From the NCBI GenBank assembly GCA_049516935.1, contig JBEKSO010000001.1, forward strand, positions 1-40,088: a stretch of 40,088 nucleotides of DNA, given 5' to 3'. This document shows positions 8,403 to 18,200 of this stretch, one piece after another; position 1 is the stretch's first letter, and every line of letters begins with the position of its first letter. A model generated the notes under the pieces. The model saw only the letters and a program-made list of their open reading frames with translations. It was not told the origin of the DNA and ran no database searches. This DNA comes from Thermoguttaceae bacterium (GTDB lineage: Bacteria; Planctomycetota; Planctomycetia; Pirellulales; Thermoguttaceae). The position numbers and the translations under genes are program-made.

Positions 8403-10859
8403 TTATTCCACTCGCCACTCATGAATTCCCGAGGAAAAATTCTGCGGAAGCTGGACTTCCAGGCGCAGGGCGTCGGTTTCCACGGGGTCGAAAGTCGTGC
8501 GGTTATAGCGGTCGGGCAGGCAGCCGTACTCGCTGGGATTGGCGACCGGCTTCCACTGCTCTTTTTCGCGGTAGAACAATTGCCATGATTTCGGCAGGCG
8601 GCACTGGCCCACCCCGGTGTCGTCGAACCAATAGACCTCGACGGCCGAGACCTGCGTAGGTTTGGCAAAGTCGTATTGCACCCACTGCTTGGCGCCTTTG
8701 CTCGGCCACCAATGCAGATAGCGATTGGAATGGTCGCCGGAGGATTGTGGCTCGTACTGATCGTTGAGGGCCATTACGTCCACGTTGCGGCCCGACGCCG
8801 TGGCCTTGCTTGTGGATGCGATGGTTGGATATGGCAAGGGCTGGGCGGCAGACTCGACCCGGGGCAGCCACACGGCCATTTGGCCCGGCCCGCGATTCGC
8901 CCAGGCATAATAGGGAATGGCGGTGAACTCGACCTTCTCCTTTTCGATTTTGTGCCCCTCGGTCCAGCGCAGGCTCAGGGCCTCGCCTTTTAAGATTTCC
9001 ACCCCGTGGAGCAGGTCCGCGCGAAACTCAGTCGATATGGCCGTATCGTCGGGCAGGAGGAGGTTGAGCACACGGCCGTCTTTCACGTCCGGCCATTCGA
9101 TGCAATACACCAGGGGGCCGCGCTGTAAAGCGACTTTGCCCGCGTCGTCGGCCACCTTGTCGTTGGCCAATATCCGGCGCACGGGCATGGGCAGGTTGAG
9201 CTCGATCAGGTCGCCGCTATTCCATGCGCGCTTTAGACCCGCATAGCCCTTGCCGAGTGCGATCGGCACGTTATCGCCGTTTACTTTTATCGTGACGGGC
9301 TGGTTTGCCTTGTCCATGAACTTGTACAGGTCGCCGGGTACGGCTTCATCGCAGGCCCAGCCTGGAATACGCACGTTTACGGTAAACTCGCCGGGCTTAT
9401 CCGGCTCGAGTTTGATCTTTACCGCCCCGTCCCAGGGATAACGGGTCTCCTGGGTAATCTTGATCGTGCGCCCGTCGTCCATCTTCACGTCGGCCGTACC
9501 GCCGGCATAAAGATTGACGTAAATAACGTCGCCCTGTTGGGCATAAACGTAGCCCGGCACCGAGGCCATGAATCGCGTAATGTTGCCCGGGCAACAGGCG
9601 CAGCCGAACCACGGGCTGCGTTGGTGCCGGCCGTCCGATTCCAAGGGGTTGGGGTAGAAAAACAGTTTGCCGTCCAGCGAAACGCCGGAAATCAGGCCGT
9701 TATACAGGGTGCGTTCCATGACGTCGACGTACTTGGCGTCGCCGTGCAGGAGGAAGAGCCGCAGATTCCAGTAATCGTTGGCCACGGCCGCGCAGGTTTC
9801 GCAGTAGGCGGAGAGGTTTGGCAACTGGTAGTCGGCGCCGAAGGCCTCGCCGGCGCCCAAGGCCCCGATGCCGCCGGTAATGTAGAGCTTTCTGCCCACC
9901 ACGTTTTCCCAGATGGCGTCGATGGCGTGCAGGTAGCGCTGGTCGCCGGTCATGGCGGCGACGTCGGCCATTCCGCTGTACAGATATGCGGCCCGCACGG
10001 CATGGCCCACGGCCTGGGTCTGATCGACCGGCTTGATGTGGGACTGGTGATAATCATCGCCGCCTGGGCCGCGTACGTCAAGGAAGAATTTGGCCAGATC
10101 GAGGTAACGCCGTTGGCCGGTGGCGCGATAGAGCTTGACCAGCCCCATTTCCACGATCTCGTGTCCGGGCCAGATGTGCAGCTTGTCCGGGCCGAAGGTA
10201 TCGCAGAGCAGATCGGCCTCACGGACGGCGATGTCCAAGAGATTCCGTTGGCCCGTGGCCTGGTAATGCGCGGCTGCCGCCTCGAACAGGTGGCCCGCGT
10301 TGTAAAGTTCGTGGCTTTGCACCGGGTCGCCCAGCCAGCGCTTGGGACCCGCCCAATCGTGCGGGCGCTGGGGGTTGATCGTGCGGGCGGTGTAAAGATA
10401 CCCGTCGGGCTCTTGAGCGGCGGCGATCTTGGCGATCAACTCGTCCAGGTAGGCCTTCATTTTGGGATCGGGCTTGACGGCCAGGGCATAAGAAGCCCCT
10501 TCCAGCACTTTGTAAGGGTCGGTATCGTCGAAGGGATACCCGGGCGGTTTTTTATTCGTTAATTCCTCACCCCGCAAGGCGGCGGCCGCGCGATCGAAGT
10601 TGTCCATCCGCCCGGATTTCTCGCACTGCTCGAAGGCGAAGGGGATCGTCACGGTGCGGTTGATCTCGATGCGCGGGGCCCAAAAAACGTCGCTTAGGCG
10701 GACGGCGGTAAAGGGGACGGGCTTGATGGTGTAATCCTCCGCCGCCTGCGCGGTGTTCTCTTTTGCGACATCTTGTTCCGCTGCTTTCCCCGGGGAGCAA
10801 GCATAGAAAAGCATTAGTGCCGACATTGCCACAAGCGATTTTCGCGAAATTGCTTTCAT
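8403..10859 (-). CDS. glycoside hydrolase family 127 (beta-L-arabinofuranosidase/DUF1680-like) with C-terminal F5/8 type C (discoidin-like) domain
   Basis: GH127 signatures are present: DVFWAPRIE, YCETCAAV and GCACCPGN (the Glu/Cys zinc and catalytic-Cys positions of HypBA1-type enzymes). The C-terminal ~130 aa match a discoidin-like pattern (WVQYDF...VEVYWFDD...LRLEV...GIHEWRV). There is a signal-peptide-like MKAISRKSLVAMSALMLFYAC. I prefer the ATG at 10859, preceded by GAAGGGA, over the ATG at 10880. Confidence 0.85.
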   Translation of the reverse strand: MKAISRKSLVAMSALMLFYACSPGKAAEQDVAKENTAQAAEDYTIKPVPFTAVRLSDVFWAPRIEINRTVTIPFAFEQCEKSGRMDNFDRAAAALRGEELTNKKPPGYPFDDTDPYKVLEGASYALAVKPDPKMKAYLDELIAKIAAAQEPDGYLYTARTINPQRPHDWAGPKRWLGDPVQSHELYNAGHLFEAAAAHYQATGQRNLLDIAVREADLLCDTFGPDKLHIWPGHEIVEMGLVKLYRATGQRRYLDLAKFFLDVRGPGGDDYHQSHIKPVDQTQAVGHAVRAAYLYSGMADVAAMTGDQRYLHAIDAIWENVVGRKLYITGGIGALGAGEAFGADYQLPNLSAYCETCAAVANDYWNLRLFLLHGDAKYVDVMERTLYNGLISGVSLDGKLFFYPNPLESDGRHQRSPWFGCACCPGNITRFMASVPGYVYAQQGDVIYVNLYAGGTADVKMDDGRTIKITQETRYPWDGAVKIKLEPDKPGEFTVNVRIPGWACDEAVPGDLYKFMDKANQPVTIKVNGDNVPIALGKGYAGLKRAWNSGDLIELNLPMPVRRILANDKVADDAGKVALQRGPLVYCIEWPDVKDGRVLNLLLPDDTAISTEFRADLLHGVEILKGEALSLRWTEGHKIEKEKVEFTAIPYYAWANRGPGQMAVWLPRVESAAQPLPYPTIASTSKATASGRNVDVMALNDQYEPQSSGDHSNRYLHWWPSKGAKQWVQYDFAKPTQVSAVEVYWFDDTGVGQCRLPKSWQLFYREKEQWKPVANPSEYGCLPDRYNRTTFDPVETDALRLEVQLPQNFSSGIHEWRVE

Positions 10860-11151
10860 AAGATTTCCCTTCTCAGTCATCTTATGCCGTTAAACGATTG
10901 TAGATCCCATTAATTACGCGTTTCCACGCTCCGGCGTGGGGACAAGGATCAGCGGAATGTTAAATGTTAATGCGTAAAGCCGCGGCTATTTGTCTCTGTT
11001 TGGAGCGAGATTATACATCGCGAAAGTCATTATAGTTCTTTAAATTGCACATCGCAATTAAGTGCCATTTCAGCCGTTTGCATATTGGCTGATGCACGAT
11101 GTCAAGTACCCTGTAACCTAGTTGATTTGTGCCTTAGCCGGTTTAAACAAA

Positions 11152-11404
11152 TGGGCCGATGAGGTGATTCTGAAGGTCGTCAATACGGCCTTTGTCGAGC
11201 AGGAAACCGATATCCGCATTGCCGGAGTGGATAAAGTCCGGCCTACAGGCACGGCAATCGTGCTCAGTCCGGGAAAACCGACCGATGAAAACACCCTGGA
11301 AAACCCCTCAAAAGTATCACCGGTTACCCATCAGTTCCGCAGTGCAGCCAAGGGGTTTTATATACGCTTTGTCGGCCGAATCGGTTGCCGTGCTGTGCAT
11401 TAAA
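11152..11404 (+). pseudogene. frameshifted C-terminal relic of a glycoside hydrolase (GH51 alpha-L-arabinofuranosidase-like beta-sandwich tail)
   Basis: Frame 1 reads ...EVILKVVNTAFVEQETDIRIAGVDKVRPTGTAIVLSPGKPTDENTLENPSKVSPVTHQF... and frame 2 continues ...GFIYALSAESVAVLCIK. Together these match the pattern ...VN...G...vl....d.NtfenP..V.P......f.y.lpa.Sv.vl.l found at the extreme C-terminus of arabinofuranosidase-type enzymes. No catalytic domain lies upstream; stops occur in all frames before 11122. Confidence 0.45.
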
Positions 11405-12217
11405 AATCAAGTAATTGCACATGGAATCGGTCTTTTTTGCGCATGCCATGCCGCGCATAGTATCCGCTAGCAAAAAGGTGTTCGAAGCAGTTTTAGATTT
11501 TTTGGGGATTATCCTAACTCGGTTAGGTGCCAGACCTTTTATTTACAATACATTTCTGTTTCTATGAATGCCGAGCCACCTGAAACCGGGGGGGGGTGAA
11601 GACATAAATATACATTTGGAGCCATAAATAGACATATACTTTTTCAAAATAAAGCATTGCGTTTTCTGTAATAGCAATTAAAATGAACGGTTGTTTGGGG
11701 CATTCTAAAAACTGGAGTTTATAGTTGCGTTCAACCGTCGGCACTAAAACAGGCCGGTTGTTGCGGCAATTGTTGCGCGACAATTATTGCTTGGGTGCTG
11801 AACGATTTGGGTATGTATCAGTATTACAACTTAGGATTTATTTTTTCATGATGCAAGTTTTAGCTCCATTTCCTCTGGAATGTAACTAATCTGAGAAATT
11901 AGGGCCAGATAGCGGTCGGTAACCTTTTCCCGGAGGGATAACGGTTGTTATTGCGGCTCGGTCTTGGTTTTTTATTCTGTGGGAGTGGCGGCGAGGTTGA
12001 AAAACTATATGAGTGCGCCAACGGTCATAAGCCGTTGGCTGCGCCGGTTGTTTGGACAACGGCATAATAGCCGGCGGTCAATTTTGTCCTGCGCACCGGC
12101 GCTTGGTGGAAAATTGCAAGCCGTCAGCTTCATATCGATCTTGCCGGCTGGCTTTATGGAAACCGCGGGCTAATGCCTTGTTTCCATAAAAAGTAATATT
12201 CGTTGCCAAACAAGTCT

Positions 12218-12246
12218 TTGACATTTTTTTCGAACAGTTTTAAAAC
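12218..12246 (+). promoter_or_regulatory. candidate sigma70-type promoter for the giant surface-protein gene
   Basis: TTGACA (12218-12223), a 17-nt spacer beginning with T7, then TAAAAC (12241-12246). AGGAG lies at 12273-12277, 7 nt before the ATG at 12285. This is a sequence match only. Confidence 0.3.
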
Positions 12247-12284
12247 GCATTTTTTGATGTATATCTTTTTACAGGAGTTACCTC

Positions 12285-15200
12285 ATGAGTCCGACCAAAC
12301 GAACCAGTCATGATCGTCAGATATTTGCCTTTGACAGCAAATTTATAGTACGAGCGATGCGGATTATGCTTCCGGCGGCGATTATTTTGGCGCTGGTTTG
12401 CTCCGCCCCCGGGGCGGCAGTGACTTGGACCGGCCCCCTCGGCGGTCTATGGTCTACCGGCACCAACTGGTCGAGCACGCCTACCCCGCCGGACTCGACC
12501 AGCGACGTGAGTTTCACAAGCGCTACCGCGGTTACCAACACCAACGTCACCAACGAGGTAGGTTCGGGCATCACCACAGTCGAGAGCCTGGCTTACAGCC
12601 AAACAGGGACTTCCGCGACGGTTTACCACACTACCCAGATCGACGGCACGCTGAAGGTTGCCGGTTACAGCGCCGCCTCTAGTCCGAGCTGGGCCAACGG
12701 CAATATTACGCTCTACGCATACGCCACGGCCGGCAACACGAGCGTCATTGACGACACCGTTATCAAGGGCGGCGGCACGCTGGACCTATCTAATTCCCTC
12801 GGCGGCAATACCAACGGCGACATAATTGTAACTGCGAATTCTGGCAGCGACGGGACGCGCGTCGGGGAGTTGGATCTCACCGGCCTATCCTCGTTCAATG
12901 CCAATGTCGATCAAATCCTTATCGGCTATAGCCAGGGCGGCACAAGCAGCCGGCCCCTGGGCGTTATGTACCTGGCGCAATCGAACACGATTACGCTGAA
13001 CAACACGACCGGCGTGAGTTCGAACAACGTCAATGCCGGCTTGGTGATCGGCTATGCGGGCAACGACGTCAATTCGCATACTTCCTCGCTGTATCTCGGT
13101 CAAACCAACGTGATAAACGTGCAGAACGTGGTTGTGGGCGGCCAGCGGCAATATGGCACCATGTCTTTCAACCCCGCCTTCCTCGGCGGCAGCACGGCCC
13201 CAACCCTGGTGATGCGGGGCCAGACCGGCACCGACGATAGCCGCGTGTCCACAATCTCAATCGGAGACCTTTCCGACGCCGGAGATGTCAGTAATCGAGC
13301 CAACGGAACGATGGATCTCACGGGCGGCCACGTGGACATAAAAGTGGATACGATTTATCTGGGCAAAACCGCCGCCGCTAGTTCCAGCCGCAACTATGCC
13401 GTGCCCGGGACACTGAATTTCGATAATGGCACTATCGACGCCACGACCATATTGTGCGGCGATCAGACTGCCACTAACAATCATAATTCCCAAGGAACGA
13501 TTAGCGTGTCGGGCACGGGGAACCTGATAATCGGGAGCCCCGGCCTAACGCTGGGGTTTTTCACCGCAACAAACGGGTCATCCAACGCCTCGGGAACGTT
13601 GAATATAAGAAACAGCGCCACGGTTTCCTCGACTGCGGCCAATATCGTCGATGGCGGCGGCAATTCGGTTATCAGCATGTCCGGCACCAGCACGCTGAAT
13701 ATGGGAGGGCACAACATCGGCACGGTCGACAATCCGATCGACAGCTTCACAATCAGCGGCGGAACAATCAATGATTTGGGCGCCCTGGCGATGGCCAAAT
13801 TCTACCCCAGGACCACCTTCTCGCTCACCGCTAGCGGCGGGACGACGATCACCGCCGGCGGGTTGATCGATATGCGCAATGGAGGCGCTAACACGTTCAC
13901 CTCCGGAAATTTGACGCTGAAGGGATCGGCGACGATGTATTTTGAACTTTCGGACAGCACTAGCGGCACAAACGACCAGATCAATTTGGACTCGATCGCG
14001 TTTAACGGCGGCACCTTGTCGGTAAACGTCTCCCCGTTGGTTGGCAATTTCTCCACCGGCACTTACGCATTGATGAAATTCGCATCCCAGCCCGCATCGA
14101 CGCCTGGTTATGCGATCAGCGACACTACTCGAAACACATACCCGAACCTTCCCCAGATTAACCCCAGCGCGGGAGGCGGCTACGAGTTGGATCTCTGGGG
14201 CATTTCAGCCGGCACCCCCCATGGCCTGACCTGGAACGGCACAACGACGGGCACCTGGGACCTGAAAACAACCTCGAATTGGAATTGGACCAGCGGCACC
14301 GGCTTCAACGGGCTCGCCGACAAGTACTATGACCTTGACAACGTTACCTTTGGCGATCTCGGCGCTACGACTACGATTACAGTCAGCAATTCCGGGGGCG
14401 CCGGTATGGTGCCCGGGTCGGTAACGGTCAGTTCGGACCATGATTACACGCTTAAAGGAAGCGCCTCGACCGACAAAATCAGCGGTTCCACCGGAATCAC
14501 TAAAACCGGGAGCGGCACGCTGACAATCAGTCTTACCAACGACTACACGGGTGCGACGCATATCAACGGGGGCAAAATAATCCTGGGCAATGCCAGCTCG
14601 CTGGGCAGTTCGTCCGCCTCGGTATATGTCAACGGCGGCACGTTGGACTTGAACGACCAGCAGCTCGGCGGCACTCCCAAGGCGGTTTACATTCAAGGCA
14701 CGGGCATGCTCGTGGGCGGCGTGGGCATCGGCGCGATCGTCAACAACGCCACCACCGCGCCGGGTTCGAACCAATACGACATAATCAACCTGATCCTAAC
14801 CGGTAATGCCACCATCGGCGGCACTTCGACTACGAACAGCACCTATTCCGGTTTGCCTGGGGGTAACGTAGGCCTTTGGAAGGTGCACGGGCCGTTCGGC
14901 TCATCGACCCTTGGCTCGCAAGGGGCTTACAGCTTGACCAAGGTTGGCAACAACATGGTTTGGCTGATGAACACCACGACCAATTCCAGCTTCCTCAACC
15001 TCAATATCAACCAAGGCATTTTGGGCCTGGACGGAACGACGTCTTTGGGCGACCCGAACGGCACGATTACAGTCGACGGGACCTCGGGAGGGGCGATGTT
15101 GTGGCTCAACGACGTGTCGATCATCCTTAACAAGAACGTCGTGCTTACGGGCGGCAGCAACGCCTTTATCCACGCCCGAGGAAACATCGCACCAACCGAT

Positions 15201-18200
15201 AATACGATCTCGGGCACCGTGTCCATAGGTTCTACCGGGGGTTTCGGGGGCACAATTGATACCGGAAGCGCGCAGGCCGGCAGCTATAGTTCCAGCTCCA
15301 GCGCGCGATTGAACATCAGCGGCGTGATCCAAAACTACGGCGGCAGCGGGGGGACCTTGATCAAGAGCGGACCGGGCACGCTAAACGTGACCAACTCCGG
15401 AAACACTTTCAACGGTATGACAAATCTCACCGGCGGCACGCTGATCAACACCGGCGCACTTCTCGGCGGGGTTACCATGTCTACCGGCACTACGCTGGTC
15501 GGCACAGGCTCGTTTGGCGGCACGGTCACCGACGCCTCCGGCGCGGTCATCTCTCCAGGCGCCACAAGCGCAACCGGCTCGGTGGGCACGCTTGCGATGA
15601 ACAATCTTACTCTGACCGGCGGCGGCCAGATCAATTACGACCTGGCCACCTCGAGCGGGAACGACTTGATATCCCTCGGCGGCACCCTCTCGCTTACCGG
15701 AACCACCGAGATCAACATACCCAACATAAATAATATAGCAAGCGGCACCTATACCCTGATTACCTGCGCTGGTAAAAGCGGCGGCGGAGGTTTTCACCTC
15801 TTGAACGTGCCCCAGAATACGCGGCGGCTTTTCACCATCGACAATGCACCTACGACACAGGTCACCTACAGCCTGATCGGCACGGCCGCTTCACTGGAGT
15901 GGAAAGGCGACGGAGGCAATAACTACTGGGACGTGGTTACCACCCAGAACTGGCTAAACAACGCCGCGCCTGACATCTTTTATAACTTCGACGGCGTCAC
16001 TTTCAACGACGACTACATGAACCAGACGGTCGCCCTGAATCAGGACGTGGCGCCCAGCTCGATCACCGTAGACTCGGCCAGGACTTACACTATCACAGGT
16101 CAGCATAAGATCACAGGCACCACAGGGCTGACTAAGTCCGGGAGCGGCACGCTGATACTTGCCAACGGTTTCAGTTCCAGTAACGATTTCTCCGGCCCGA
16201 TCCAAATCAACCTCGGCACATTGCAGGTCGGCGACGGCTCAACACCCAACGCCCTTATCGGGACCGGAGCGATTACCAACAACGGCCAATTGCTTTTCAT
16301 ACAGACTGAGAGCCACACAGTTGCCAACGCGATCTCCGGGACCGGCAGCGTTGAGCAGAGAGGATCCGGCGTTCTTACCCTTTCCGGCTCCAACAGCTAC
16401 AGCGGCATAACAACGATTACCACGGGCACGTTGCAGGCCGGCAGTAACACGGCCTTGGGCACCACGGCCGGCGGCACGACGATTGCCGACGGCGCCACGC
16501 TGGACGTCAACAACATGAACCTGGGCGACGAGACGGTTACCGTCCAGGGTCAAGGCGTAAACAGCGCAGGCGCTATTGTCAACAATAACATGGCCACCAG
16601 CACTGTTGCCCAAAACGCCCTTCGCTTTGTCGTCCTGACAGGCGATACGACCTTCGGCGGTCAGGCCACCGATAGCGGTTCCGGCCCGATTGCCAATTCC
16701 GGCCGTTGGGAGATCCGCGGAGTTCCAGCGGAGTTGGCAACCATCAACACCAACGGAAATTCCTATAACATCACCAAAGTGGGCAACAACCAGGTTTCCT
16801 TTGTGCGGCTTACCGCCGATAGCGCCCTGGGCGACATTCACATCGGCGATAGCAACACTTATACGCCCGGAGGAATTTTAGCCCTGATAGCAAACACCTC
16901 CGTGGGCGACCCCGCCAAGACCATAACCGTGGCATATAACTCTACCTTGCAGCTCGAGGGTCTGACTATTCCGCTGGCCAAAAAGATCTCGCTCGATGGC
17001 GGTACTTTGTATGCCAATGCCATCTCCTCCCCTACCGCCACCGACAACACGATTCTCGGCACAGTCACCATTACGAATAATGGCGGCACCCTGAACACCG
17101 GAGGGATACGCAGCGACGTCCCTACCGCAAGCGCCAACGTAGGCATGATCATCAACGGCGTGGTCAGCAGCTCGAGTTCGGCGGCCATTTTAACGAAGAT
17201 GGGGCCGGGCACCGTAACCCTGGCAAATGCGAATAATACCTTCAACGGAACAGTAAATCTCAATGACGGCACTTTGATCGTCAACGGTTCCTTGACAGGC
17301 GGCATTACCATGGCCGCCGGCACCGTAACTACTACCCTGGCCGGCAACGGCACCATCCTTGGCGCGGTTTCTGACTATTATTCCACGAACATCGCTCCGG
17401 GCGCTACCGCCGGCGTCGGATCGGTTGGCATTCTTAACATTGGAGGATCCGGTGTCGGTCTCACGCTCGGCGGCAGCGGTAAGATCACTATGGATCTGTC
17501 AAATGACCCGGGCAACAGCGACCTGATAAATGTAAACGGTCCGCTGAACGTGGCCGCCGGAGTCACCAACGTCAATATCAATATTATCGGTGGCTATTTG
17601 CAGGGCAGTCCCGGCGGCACTCTCTACCCGTTGATCCACTACGCCTCTATCACCGGAGATGACTCTAATTTTGCAGCGCCGTCCACCGACTCGCGGCAAA
17701 CCTACAGCATCTATAAAGACGACTCTGCGATGAACATCGATCTCAAAGTAGTCGGCTCGGCGGCCAACCTGACGTGGCACGGCGACGGAAGCGCAAACGC
17801 CTGGGATGTCAAAACCACCACGAACTGGACAGGCGCCGATTCCAAATTCTGGACCGGCGACCAAGTCCTCTTTGACGACAGTTCGCCGAACCTTACCGTG
17901 AATATCGCTCCCGCTACAGTGATCCCCGGCACGATCACGGTCAGCTCCGGCCACAATTACATTTTCGCGGGGACGGGCAGTATCAGCGGCGGCACGTCGC
18001 TGACAAAGAGCGGCACCGGCTCTTTGACTATCAACACCTCTAACACCTACTCTGGCCCGACAATCATCAACCAGGGTACAATTATCCTCGGCTCTGCCAA
18101 CGCGTTGGGCAACGCTACCGGCACCATCACAATCAACGGGGGCACGCAGGGAAGCCCCGGGGGCACGCTGGACCTCAACACCCAACAGCTTTACGCCCAA

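Noticed and set aside
9537-10562. 341-aa plus-strand ORF
   Set aside because: It is antisense to the GH127 gene and is a GC-rich shadow ORF.
11044-11422. 10-nt direct repeat AATTGCACAT flanking the glycosidase relic (11044 and 11413)
   Set aside because: A single 10-mer match within a 1.4-kb AT-rich region is about what chance predicts. It is not evidence of a target-site duplication.
11964-12173. 69-aa ORF upstream of the giant gene, and the 73-aa ORF at 11562-11783
   Set aside because: Neither has an RBS, a domain resemblance or compositional support, and both lie in AT-rich, hairpin-rich leader sequence.
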